The notes beneath the pieces are model-generated. The model did not search any database, was not told where the DNA came from, and was given only the letters and a program-made list of their open reading frames with translations. Shown in pieces: positions 13,626-26,262 of a stretch of DNA of 64,000 nucleotides. The stretch's first letter is position 1. Every line of letters starts with the position of its first letter. This stretch comes from Octopus vulgaris (Eukaryota). The translations under genes were made by a program, and so were the position numbers. The stretch is taken from positions 44,516,001 to 44,580,000 of the forward strand of contig OX597831.1 of assembly GCA_951406725.2 (NCBI GenBank), read 5' to 3'.

Positions 13626-14010
13626 AATATATATAAAAAAATACAAAATGGGACAAGAACGCAAAACACTCAAATAGACGACACAAAAACGGATGGGTCA
13701 TTCGAAGCCTCTAATCTTCAGTCAAGAACCGGATCATCCTTGCAATTTCGGCTGATTAATCTTGAGATCGCTCTGATCCGGCCAGCCCCAAGGAAAAACT
13801 AAGCTACGAGCATTAGATTTCTTGGAAAAAGGATCGAATGTATACAAAACAAGGACAGAAAAACGGACGATGCCACACGAATATAAATACAAAAAACAAT
13901 AATAGTAATGACAGGACAAAAACAGCGGGTGTCTTACAACTTTAGACAGTTGGACTTAGCTTAGCTGGCGTATTTGGAAAATAATGCCTTTACGGCAGAC
14001 GAAGAAAACG
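13626..14010 (-). mobile_element. Unclassified (TA)n-embedded element carrying HHR-like motif B
   Basis: Bounded by TA repeats, with A/C-rich tracts around a GC-richer structured core. Absent from the inverted copy of this region at 9052-10085. Confidence 0.55.
13706..13781 (-). ncRNA. Candidate permuted (pseudoknotted) hammerhead ribozyme, family B
   Basis: Minus strand: ccggatca-ga-GCGAT-C-TCAAGA-ttaatc-AGCC-GAA-ATTGC-aagga-tgatccgg-t-TCTTGA-CTGAAGA-ttaga-GGCT. Same strand order as family A with different stem sequences. Confidence 0.6.
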
Positions 14011-14048
<38 letters not shown>

Positions 14049-14049
<1 letters not shown>

Positions 14050-14190
14050 AGGGTGAGTCAAAAAGTAATGCCATTTTGTTTAGGACAGGTTTAATTACCA
14101 ACACAGGAACATGTATCATACATCAAAATGAAGCTGGTCCTCTGTGGATCACACCCCTACTTCTCAACATAGTCACCATTTCTCTCAATA
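14049..14190. mobile_element. Mariner-like terminal fragment
   Basis: gagggtgagtcaaaaagtaatgcc TIR-like start following a microsatellite. Confidence 0.5.
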
Positions 14191-14284
14191 GCAGACTTCT
14201 GGCTTGCCAGCCCTCAGTCAAGCCGTCTAACCCATGCCAGCATGGAAAGTAGGCATTAAATGATGACAATGATGATGATGATGA

Positions 14285-14510
14285 TATATATATGTGTATA
14301 TATATATATATATATATGTGTATATATATATGTATATATATGTGTGTATATATATATGTATATATATGTATGTATATATATATATATGTATATATATGTA
14401 TGTATATATGTATATATATGTATATGTGTGTGTGTATGTATAAATATATGTATGTATGTATATATGTATATATATGTATATGTGTGTGTGTATGTATAAA
14501 TATATGTATG

Positions 14511-14565
<55 letters not shown>

Positions 14566-14646
14566 GTATGCATATGTATGTATATATATATGTATGTATA
14601 TATGTATGTATATATATATATATGTATGTATATATATATATGTATG

Positions 14647-14687
<41 letters not shown>

Positions 14688-14688
14688 A
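14285..14688. repeat. (TA/TG)n compound microsatellite
   Basis: Direct inspection. Confidence 0.97.
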
Positions 14689-14810
14689 TTAGGGCTTAGT
14701 AAAATAAATTACTTTGCCACATACTGAACTTGCTAGAAATAGCAGCCAAAAAAAAAAAAGGTTTTTTTGCCATTTCCACTACTTAAAGAAAATTTCTCTC
14801 ATAATTGTTG

Positions 14811-14847
<37 letters not shown>

Positions 14848-14864
14848 GTATATATGTATGTATA

Positions 14865-15221
<357 letters not shown>

Positions 15222-16218
15222 TCAAATTCCACCGAGGTCAACTTTGCCTTTCATCCTTTCAAGGTCGATTAAATAAGTACCAGTTAATCACTGGGGTCAA
15301 TGTAATCGACTTAATCCCCTTGTCTGTCCTATATATGTATATATATATACATATATATATATATATGTGTGTGTGTGTATGTATGTATGAATGTACTAAG
15401 CTATAGACTACAGGTTTTGTATCTCAGTAGCTGGAATTTGGCATAATACCCCATATGGAACATATCTTTTATAAGAAAAGGTCATAGGTTACACTACTTT
15501 CTCTGAACTTTATCCTTTTTAGCTACAGCCTGAAAAAAAACCTAAGAATACTGAAAATTCAAAGGCATTGGTAAAAGTTACTGATAAGCAAAATAATCTG
15601 TTCAGAAGAATTATGTGCATTAGTCTTGTATTCATCAACAGTAAAAGAGAAACACACAAAAGAGGCATATTTTTGGTTAGAATAAAAAGTAATGCAAGAG
15701 TACACCAGTACTCAAGTATTGTTGGTTCCATTTGTTGTTTGTATTTTATTTTTATACGTATTTATGAAGCTTGAATTAAAACAGGATTTTGGAATTCTTG
15801 GATCACAATACTTGTGAGTGAATCAACATCGTTCTTGGAACAACAGAAGGTTGTCAGCAACTTTGTAAAGTGGTTTATCCCAAATGTAGCGATATCATGT
15901 GATTATGTTTATTTTAGGTATTAAACCAGGCAAAGTGGTGTACAACTGCTAGTGTGTGTGTGTGATCATCATCACCATCATGTAGCATCCATATTCCATG
16001 CTAGCATGGGTTGAAGTGGTTTGATGGGATCTGATAATTCAAAGAACTGTGTTGAACTCCAATGTCTCTTTTGTGATGGTTTTATTTTTGTGGCCGGATG
16101 CCCTTTCCACTGTGTGTGTGTGCATATGTATATATATGTATGTGTATATACATATACACACACACACATATATATATATACACACACACATATATGGGGA
16201 GAGTGAGTAAGATACATT

Positions 16219-16552
16219 CATCATCATCCAGTGTTTTAAATCTGGGTTTTGTCCTTGTCAACGGGGGTGGCCAGAACTACCTCAATGCCATAGCAACCGA
16301 GGTAAGCAGGTGCAGCCCACCCCAACTTTCGGGCTAGCTAGTGCCCATTCTCCTTTGCTATCATGAGGCCTTTTTGAGAGCTGGATTTTCTACAGGGAGT
16401 ATGCCCTTGCTTACCTCCAACCTCAGTTTCTAGACATGAGTGGTCCTGAGACCAAGGCCTCTACCACGATTTTTAAGAAATGTTGTGGAAAGCTAGCTCA
16501 GGAAGGCAGGGATGCTACTCCCTGGGACCACTCTCAGAGCCACCCTACCTCT
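16219..16552 (-). mobile_element. Short retroposed 3' fragment with (GAT)n tail
   Basis: Flanked by the near-identical gtgagt(a/g)agatacatt (16203-16218/16553-16568). Confidence 0.55.
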
Positions 16553-16667
16553 GTGAGTGAGATACATTAATGTATGAAAATATATATAATTATACATTTA
16601 TTAAAGCATACATTTATGTACATGTACATAAATTCTTACATGCACACATGTATGTGTATGTATATAT

Positions 16668-17047
16668 ACGAGCAAAACGCCCCCTCCAATAGACGTTGAG
16701 TTGTCAAACATTTAAACCAGATTTTCTCAAAACAACTTGTCTGACCGCCCCATAAGCCTCCCCTTTGAGAAACACTGATTTAACCTAAATTTGACACACC
16801 AGCAAAAGAAGAAATAAAGAGAGACTTTTTTTTCTATTCCAAGAAAAACAATTTTACAAATGCACGTTCCCACGGCTTTATCGATTGCATTCTCACCTGG
16901 AATCGATTTTTGTAATTTTTTCAAGATTTATACACACCCTGATACCGTCAGTATCTACATATCAAATTTGAGCATAATCGGATGGAGGATGCCCAAGATC
17001 CTAGAAGACACACACACAAACAGACAGAACAAATTTTATATAATAGA
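16668..17047 (-). mobile_element. Helitron-like 5' fragment
   Basis: The minus strand starts tctattatataaaa...ctgtctg, like 56183-56695; no 3' CTAG end seen. Confidence 0.45.
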
Positions 17048-17580
17048 TATATATATATATATAAATACATAAAAGTAAGTTCCAAGGATCAAGGTATAGG
17101 AAGTTAGTAAGCTTCAAGCAGTCTGTAGTAGGTATGAAAAGCAACTTTCAGGAACAACAGTGGTTTATTGGTGCAGAAAGTTGTGTACTTTTCCCATATT
17201 GGAGTACGAAAAGCAGGAAAAAGGTTATTTTATAGTTCGTGGTTGGCAACTGGGGTTGCTGTATATGTGAATAAACATCTAAAATTTGGGAAAGGCATAG
17301 ATAAAATCCACGCTGCATATATTTCATAGCTAGTGGAATCTCAGTAGTAGTAATTATTTGATTGAATCCCCTGCAAATTAACATGGGATATCCTAACGAG
17401 AATGTAAAGTTCATGTAATCAAGGTATCTTTGGCCTGAAGAGTAGCCTGTGGTCTATTCCTCATATTGTTAATTACTACTGTTAACTATGAAACATGTAG
17501 TCTGGATTGTATCTACTCCATTCCATAATTTTGTATATGTATGTGTGTGTGTGGTGTAGTATACAAAGCTGTATAGGACA

Positions 17581-18197
17581 AAGAGCGTCACCTAAACATC
17601 TTTCACCTGCGCTGCCTCCGAAAAATCCTCCACATCAAATGGCAGAATCATATCCCCAACAGAGATGTCCTCAGGCAAGCAGGAATACCAAGCATGTTTG
17701 CACTCCTCACACAAAGACGTATGAGATGGCTTGGGCATGTTAGCCGTATGAAAGATGGCAAAATCCCCAAGGACATACTCTACGGAGAGCTTGCTAGGGG
17801 TATTAGGTCTGTGGGTAGACCGATCTTACATTACAAGGATGTTTGCAAAAGGGACATGAAGGCCTGCAACATCAATATTAGCGATTGGGAGGCACTTGCG
17901 AGCAACCGTGGAGAATGGCGACGTACTATAAAAGAGGGAATACAAAGGAGTGACAGAGAGAGAGAGAGGAGAAATGGAAAGAAAAGAAGAGACGTCAACA
18001 AGAAACTATGGCATTACAACCAGCCAGGAACAGTCTTCGCTACATTTGCGGCACCTGCCAGAGGGAGTGTTTGTCCAGGATAGGACTACACAGCCACAGC
18101 AGGAAATGTATCAGGACATGAAATGTAAAAACCAGACTAGACTATTTTATGCGCAACTCCATTGTCTCCCGAGACAAAAAGGATACCAACAACAACA
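17581..18197 (+). mobile_element. 5'-truncated RTE-type LINE 3' end
   Basis: RRMRWLGHVSRMKDGKIPKDILYGEL...GRP...KDVCKRDMK, a (CAA)n tail, and TSD ataggaca (17573-17580/18198-18205). Confidence 0.88.
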
Positions 18198-18199
18198 AT

Positions 18200-18251
<52 letters not shown>

Positions 18252-18453
18252 TATTTCCTCAAAACACTGAAATAATCATTTTATACAATCATGCATTCCA
18301 CCTCATTGGTGTCCTGCCATGAATATAACAATATAGGTTTAAAATCCACTGTTATGCAAATGATCATACCTTGCAGGTCCTATAACTGGCTGAGAAAATC
18401 ATGTCAAGGTAGTCTGAGTGATGCCACACCTCTTTCAAAATCAAAATGTGTGT

Positions 18454-18487
<34 letters not shown>

Positions 18488-18962
18488 GACAAAAAGGAGA
18501 GAAAGAGAGAAAAAAGAAGAAAAAAAGAAGCTAGTAAATTCATCAAAGCAAGTCAAGTGGTGTATAGCAGGAAGTTAGTAGACCGTAAATAAGTTAGGGG
18601 CAATTAGAAATAAATACATATCTGATCCAAAGGGCATAAAATACATATAAACCCCATAGGCAATCACACACACACACACAAACTCACACACATAACCTCA
18701 GAACAAATTGCAATCACTGATCTGAGGTATCTGAGGTGTTTTCCATGCTAGCATGGGTTGGACAGTTTGACAAGAATCGGCCAGCAGAAGAGTTGCCCAG
18801 ACTTCATGTCTGTTTTGGCATGATTTCTACATCACCTCCTCATATATCCATCATCATCATCATCATCATCACTTCACATCCACAGGGAACTTAGCCCACT
18901 TTGCCTCTGTGAGGCCCAATGCTCAAAAGATATTCTTTACATGCCACCAGCATGGGTGCACA

Positions 18963-19174
18963 TGAGGGGGTGCTGGAAAGTTCCTGGGTTTGGGTAAAAG
19001 AAAATGCATTAGGATAAGTGAATTATGATTTTATTCAATGTATTCCCCTCTCAGCTTCACACACTTATTGCAGTGGCCCTTCAGTTTCTCTAAGCCCTGT
19101 AAAGGAACTAGGAAAGTTGGACCAACCAAGCCTTTTGCATTACCCTCAAATCTAGGAACTTTCCAGCACTCCCT
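18963..19174. mobile_element. ~210 bp mariner-type MITE (other copies at 9137-9332, 12738-12938, 29852-30066, 40632-40846, 63744-63950)
   Basis: TIRs gggtgctg(g/a)aaagttcctgg...ccaggaacttt(t/c)cagcac recur at the listed loci. Confidence 0.8.
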
Positions 19175-19226
19175 TGTATGTATATATATCTATATAATCA
19201 TATATATATATATATATATATATAAA

Positions 19227-19261
<35 letters not shown>

Positions 19262-19270
<9 letters not shown>

Positions 19271-19537
19271 AAAAAGAAGTTTGAAAATGCCACTATATAA
19301 AATAGATTTTAATTTTCTTAGAAATTTTACATGCTTTGGTTCTTCTTGGGAAAACGAACCTTATCAAAAATATTTTTAAAAGTTAAGTGTAATAAAAAAG
19401 TTCATAATTGTTTCTTACTTAAAAATATTTTTGATAAGGTTCCTTTTTTCAAGAAGAACCGAAACATGTAAAATTTCTAAGAAAATTAAAATTTATCTTA
19501 TATAGTGGCGTTTTCAAACTTCTTTTTTATAAATATA
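19262..19537. mobile_element. Foldback element in (TA)n with a decayed HHR in each arm
   Basis: Arms at about 19262-19378 and 19419-19537. The right arm has TTGATAA-ggttc...gaacc-GAAAC-at-GTA (19431-19470). Confidence 0.6.
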
Positions 19538-20194
19538 TACCCACTCATATACCACCTACACCTATTATAAATATATATATATACACACAAATAAATATCT
19601 ATCATTGGCATCGTTATCATCATCATTGTCATCGTTATCATCATCATTGTCAAGTAAAGCAACTTGTAAAACATTTTGTAGTTGTTCAGTTCTGAGGTCA
19701 GCTCCATTCAAGCCAATTTATAATGTAAGGCATTCAATATATGGCCACATGAGTTTCTGTTTTTAATCTTCTGAGCAAAAGCGTAACACAGGCTTTTACA
19801 GTTGATTATCATTTATCCAAAATGCTTTGATATGAAATTTATTTTGGATTTTTTCCCCCTTTTTTCTTTTAACTTGTTTTCAGTATTATTGTGTATTTAC
19901 ATCTATAAAATGGGTCAGCGTGGGCATTTAACCAAAGTCAAACAATGTTATTTGTTAATATTTCCTAACATAGCTTATATTGCGGATGTAGTTTTATACA
20001 ATTTGGCTTTCATCCATTTTTGCTCTGCTTAGTAGAAGTTCCATTTTTCACCTCAAACAAATTCTCCAATTTCATTGTCACTTAACTTTGTCAACCACAA
20101 GAAAAAAACAGCTACATGTCATTTTTGCTTTCTTTTAACAATTTCATTTTATGCTACCTTTTTCTATTTTTTTGGCATCATTCTTTTATTATTC

Positions 20195-20386
20195 TACTGT
20201 CTCAGTAATTTGACTGCGACCATGCTGGAGCACTGCCTTTAGTCGAACAAATCGCCCCCGGGACTTATTATTTGTAAGCCTAGTACTTGTTCTTTTGGCC
20301 TCTTTTGCCGAACCACTAAGTTACAGGGACATAAACACACCAACATCAGTTGTCGACCGATGGTGGGGGGACAAACACAGACACAA

Positions 20387-20432
<46 letters not shown>

Positions 20433-20663
20433 TTTACTCTTTTTTTACTCTTTTACTTGTTTCAGTCATTTGACTGTGGCCATGCTGGAGCACTGCCTTT
20501 AGTCGAGCAAATCGACCCCAGGACTTATTCTTTGTAAGCCTAGTACTTATTCTATCGGTCTCTTTTGCTGAACCGCTAAGTTACGGGGACGTAAACACAC
20601 CAGCATCGGTTGTCAAGCAATGTTGGAGGGGGGACAAACACAGACACACAAACATATACACAC

Positions 20664-20726
<63 letters not shown>

Positions 20727-20891
20727 TACGATGAGCTTCTTTCAATTTTCGTCTACCAAATCCACTCACAAGGCTTTGGTCGGCCTGAGGCTATAGTAGA
20801 AGACACTTGCCCAAGGTGCAAAGCAGTGGGACTGAACCCAGAACCATGTGGTTGGTGAGCAAGCTACTTACCACACAGCCACTCCTACGCC
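20195..20891 (-). mobile_element. SINE family 1: a 3' half followed by a full copy (20445-20891)
   Basis: Matches the family consensus seen elsewhere in the window. Confidence 0.85.
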
Positions 20892-22049
20892 TATACACAC
20901 ACACACACACATACATACATATGATGGACTTGTTTCAGTTTCTGTCTACCAAATCCACTCACAAGGTTTTGGTACCACGTAGTGGGACTATTTGGAAAAA
21001 TTTTTAAGCATTTTCCATTTGTGATGTTTCACTACTTTGAAAAAAATTTTGGATTTTGGAGATTTCCAGAATTTCAGCTAAAGAATTATCAACTTCGTTG
21101 TCAAATGTGTTCCTTTTATATGACAGTAGGGTGTGGTCTGAGGGAGATTTTGTGATACCTCTACCAAGACACACAACCACATTAAACATTTTTTCTTCAG
21201 TTGAATTAGGATTCATTTCATTATTTGTATAAGCACCAAGAAATTTAATAAAAAGTTAAATCATAATTATTGTGCATGTGCCATATTTTCTGATATGTTA
21301 GCCAAAATACACTTCCAAAGTTACCCGTCATATGACGGGCAACACACACACACACACATGTACACATATATCTCTTATCTTTTGCTACTTTTATTCATTA
21401 GACTGCAGCCATGCTGAGTCACTGCTTTAAGGAATTCCAATTAAATGAATTGACCTCAGTATTGTTTTTGAAGTTACTTATCTTATGAGTCTCATTTGCT
21501 AAGTTGCAAACACCAACACCTGTTGTCAAATGGAGATGGGAGAGACACAAACACAAAAACGTATGCACAGACATACACACACACAGAGTAGGTTTCTTTC
21601 AGTTTCCATCTACCAAATTCATTCACATGCTTTGGTCAGACCAAGGCTATAGTAGAAGGCACTTTCCCAGGGTACCACACAGGGGGATTGACTCACAACC
21701 ATGTGGTTGTGAAGCAAACTTCTTACAAAATAGCCATGCCTATAACCATATATATGTGTGTGTATGTGTTTGCATATATATCCTCATCATCATCGTCATT
21801 TAACGTCCACTTTCCATGCTGGCATGGGTTGTACAGTTTGACTGTAAATGGTGAGCAGGGGAGTTACTCTATGTTACAATCTATGTCATAAGAAGTTTGC
21901 TTCGCAACAACATAGTTATGTGTCATTCCCCCTGCATGGCACCTTGGGAAAATGTCTTCTACTCTAGCTTTGCATTGACCAAAGCTATGTGAATGGATTT
22001 GATAGATGGAAACTGAAAGAAGTCTGCTGTGTGTATACACACACATATA

Positions 22050-22615
22050 TTGGGTTATCCAGAAAGTACATGCCGATTTTTAAAGGAAAGAAAAAGGTCA
22101 ATGAATACTTGCCATTACATTTTTAATCAACCAAATACGAACCATTTTGTTGCACAATGCGTCTCCATCTTTCATTTAATTTGAAAATACCCTCTTCCCA
22201 GAATTGAGGTAGTTTCATGGCAAAGAATTCATCAAGGTATCTTTTTACGTCATCCAAGGAATTGAAATTTTTACCATTAAGACTATTCTGTAAAGACCTG
22301 AATAAGTGGAAATCCGAAGGAGAAATATCTGATGAATATGGAGGGTGGGGTAACACATCTCAGCCGAGCTGCAGCAATTTTTGTCTGGTTCCCAAAGCAT
22401 CAAGTGCTGAAAATGAACTTTCTTATCTTCCATTTTAAAGGGTTACAGAATTAACACAGGTTATAGGAACATAAATCTTCTTCCATGAAAAGATAGCTTA
22501 AACTCTGCTCTAAATGGAGGTGTAGTCAAATCCTATTTTATGGACTCAACTATGTTCTAAAATAAGTCGAAAGGTAAGCTACTATAAATCGGCACGAACA
22601 TTCCGGACAACCCAA
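22050..22615 (-). mobile_element. Internally deleted mariner with ~30 bp TIRs (duplicate at 32815-33380)
   Basis: TIR ttgggtt(g/a)tcc...ggacaacccaa; HPPYSSDISPSDFHLFRSLQNSL motif. Confidence 0.9.
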
Positions 22616-23144
22616 TGCATAGCCATCATATTATCATGATAATTGTTGTCTCTTTATCACTCATTTTCCATGCTAGAGTGTATTGGATGTTTTAACAGGA
22701 TCTCCCATTTACTAATAATGTAATTTTTCGTTAAGTTCCAGCTTAGCCCTGATCAAGCTAACATATGCTCCTAACTGTTTCAGCCAATATTTTTTCCAAA
22801 CGCAGTGTATCTAGGACTATGGTACACTATAGTACACTACACTTTCTGATGTGTCCTTTTCTTTGTGAAACCACTAAGGTATCATTTGAGGGAGATTTGG
22901 CTGCTGTATCTAGCATCTGACACATTCCCCTCACTATAATCCAAGTTTGGCACATGGGCAGGGCTTCAAACCACAAACAGGCAATGGACCTTTTGTTGCC
23001 GTCACTGGGGTTCCATATGTATCTTTTGTCTTTTACTTGTTTCAGTCATAGAATTGTGAGCATGTGGTTGGAAAGCAAGCTCCTTACCACACAGCCATGC
23101 CTGTCCCTGAACATAAAGCAGGTAGAATATTTGGGACAGATATA

Positions 23145-23539
23145 CTCTTTACTCTTTTACTCGTTTCAGTCATTTGACTGCGGCCATGCTGGAGCACCAC
23201 CTTTAGTCGAGCAAATCGACCCCAGGACTTATTCTTTGTAAGCCCAGTACTTATTCTATCGGTCTCTTTTTGCCGAACCGCTAAGTGACGGGGACATAAA
23301 CACACCACCATCGGTTGTCAAGTGATGGTGGGGGGGGGGGACAAACACAGACACACATATATATACATATATATACGACAGGCTTCTTTCAGTTTCCGTC
23401 TACCAAATCCACTCACAAGGCATTGGTCGGCCCGGGGCTATAGCAGAAGACACTTGCCCAAGATTCCACGCAGTAGGACTGAACCCGGAACCATGTAGTT
23501 GGTTAGCAAGCTACTTACCACACAGCCACTCCTACGCCT
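23145..23539 (-). mobile_element. SINE family 1, full length
   Basis: Family consensus, head ggcgtaggagtggctgtgtgg on the minus strand. Confidence 0.88.
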
Positions 23540-24420
23540 ATATATGCTCAGTTTAAATACTTAAGAGTTAATGTAACAAATGGCAAAAACACTAACTGTT
23601 AATACATTTTTCTTTATCAACCAAATTAGTGCTTTATTTAAAAAGCAGACACAATTTTCTGTGAATCTACAATTCTAGCATGTCTCTGATGCAGTGTCGA
23701 AGCAAATGTGGCAAAGCTGTCCTTTCTGTGCTGATGCATAAAGTTTATGTTTTGCAAACACGTCTTACAAACAACTTTTATATTACACTCACCATGTTTG
23801 TGAATGAAATTCTATTCCTTTGACCTCTTGGAATTGAATTTCACACCGGTTTTCTTTGACCCAGGCTTTGTTAAATCTCATGTCCATAGCTTCGCTGCCA
23901 AGGATTCACCCATTGATCTGTATCATGTCATATACCTTAAAATCTTTGGATTGTGTCTGTTGACACAGCATGATTGCTTTATACACGGAAAAGTGGGCCA
24001 GCATTTCTTTTTCTCTTATAGGCCTGGCTGTGTGGTTAAGAAGCTTGATTTGCAACCACTTGGTTTCAGGTTCAGTCCCACTACATGACATCTTAGACAA
24101 GTGTCTTCTACTCTGTTCTTCATATTTGACGATTCCTTTAACACAGAGTCAAGTAGCAACCAAGGAATATGTTTTTGTAGGGTCATGTTATCTGTGTCAC
24201 ATATGTGCACCTCTGGTGTGTTTAACTGTGCTTTTGTTTATTTAGAAACATCTGGAACTTTCTATAATATGCATGATGACGGGTATTCAAGGCAGTTGCC
24301 TAATCAGATGTAGCCTGATCCTAGCCATTAAACCTACATATTTTTTTCACTCCAGACCTCGCTATCGACGAATTATAAATATTTAAACTTTTGTTTACTT
24401 TTGATGTTATTTAATACATA

Positions 24421-24682
24421 AAAAAAATAATAAATGCGCCTTTTTAAAGCCTAGCCAGGCTCATGGGCCCGGTTTCCCGGTTTCTATGGCGTATGTGTTC
24501 CCCAGTTGGATGGGGCGCCAGTCCATCACAGCATTACTCATTTTTGCCAGCTGAGTGGACTGGAGCAACATGAAATGAAGTGTTTTGCTCAAGAACACAA
24601 CATGTTGCCTGGTTCAGGAATTGAAACCACAAGCTTACGATCATGATGCTGACGCCCTAACCACTAAGCCATGCGCCTCCTC
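24421..24682 (-). mobile_element. tRNA-derived SINE with a 13 bp TSD, 58 bp upstream of exon 2
   Basis: Head ggcgcatggcttagtggttag and TSD tatttaatacata (24408-24420/24683-24695). Confidence 0.88.
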
Positions 24683-24740
24683 TATTTAATACATACATTA
24701 CAATATTTCACATGTTTTTTTTTTTTGTTTTCTATTCCAG

Positions 24741-24841
24741 ATTGAAGAGTACATAAGTACTACTGGGTTTGACATTGTCTGGAAACGAATGAAAGGTAGC
24801 CAAAAGTTGGGCAAAGACGTAGAAGAATATCTGAAATCATT
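24741..24841 (+). CDS. PSTPIP1: PSTPIP-like exon 2 (IEEYISTTGFDIVWKRMKGSQKLGKDVEEYLKS-L)
   Basis: Polypyrimidine tract + ccag acceptor and gtgagt donor; 101 nt, phase 0 to 2. Aligns by eye to PSTPIP1 [34 protein letters not shown] (exon length also 101 nt, from memory). Confidence 0.88.
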
Positions 24842-26262
24842 GTGAGTTAATTAAAATTTCATTATATAAATTGTTGCAATTCAAACTCACACTGTCACTA
24901 AAAATACTTATCTTTCAACAAAACAGTGAGATGACATTTTGTTTGATTTTATTTTTATTTTAAAATTTTCATTTTTTTTTTTTTTGCCACATATAGTTAC
25001 ACAATAACTCTGGCTTTATTGTTTCATTATTACAAAAGAAATCATCATCATCATCATCATCATCATTTCAGTGTTTTGCATTTGTTGGCCAAACTGATAT
25101 TTTTAAATACAGCTCACTCATTAGAAAAAAGAAAAAAGACACCCACCTTTTAATCATTGGTAAACATATTATTTCTTCTCAAATAAACACATTTACAATT
25201 GCTTAATTCAGCTTTATGTGCAATCCTAAATTATTCATTCATTCATTCAGTTATTTATTTAAAATTTAAAATTATTCCCGTTCTTTATTTGCTTTCTGTA
25301 TTTTGAAAAAGAAAAAAAAAAAAACAAAAACAAACGAGGAATAGCTCATTTGTAGTTTATTTATTTATTCACCAACAGATGATTCTCTCATGATGAGAAT
25401 GGAAGGAGCAGTTTTAATAATTTTTTTTTTTTTACTTTTTGTGGGGGGGGGAGGAGGAGGAGGAAGTCTGTTATTGATTTTAATAATGAAATCACTTCTC
25501 AACTTATTTGCTTTATAGTACACCTAAGCACTGCACACAATAAGTTCATTATGTGTATATCTTCTGTACGACCTTATTTTACATTTCTCTGTTGTTGATA
25601 GTGATGGTGGTGGTGGTTGCGGTGGCAATGGTGGCAGCGGTAGTGGTGATAATGGTAGCAGTGATAGCAATTTTAATTGTAATGAAATATTCATCTGAAT
25701 AGGATATAACAACAAACACTTAGATATACACTCCTAAATGCATATAAATAACCATGGGAAATAAGATTTAGAGTATTATACATACATACATACACACATA
25801 CATAAGAGTGTTTGTGAGTGTGTACAATTGTCAACCTCATTTATACATCCGTATTCCATACTGGCGAGGATTGGCAGGTTAACAGGATCTGACAATCCAG
25901 AGGGTTGCATTGAGTTTCACTGTCTACTTAAACATGTTTTCTATATATCTTCTTAATGCCAGTCACTTTACAGAGTAATTTGGATGATATTTTCATAGTG
26001 AAATCCATCAACTGAGCTGGGGTGTTGTTGCGTAATTTTGGCGACAGAGTTTTTGTATCAGGTGTCGAGAAGTTGAAGAATGATAGAAGAATATAAACAG
26101 GTGTCTTACTGTAGATAAGCTATCTGGTTACCCATAAGAAAAGACAGTTGTATTGAGACGTCTCAATAGGTGAATATAAAATGAATATGAGAGAGAATAA
26201 ACATGGAAGATCAGGAAGGGTAGTGTTTAAGTTCAAGAAAGAGGGAACATTCTCCCTACTTA

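Noticed and set aside
17075-17460. Possible Helitron helicase relic on the minus strand
   Set aside because: Only faint peptide resemblance across broken frames; needs BLASTX.
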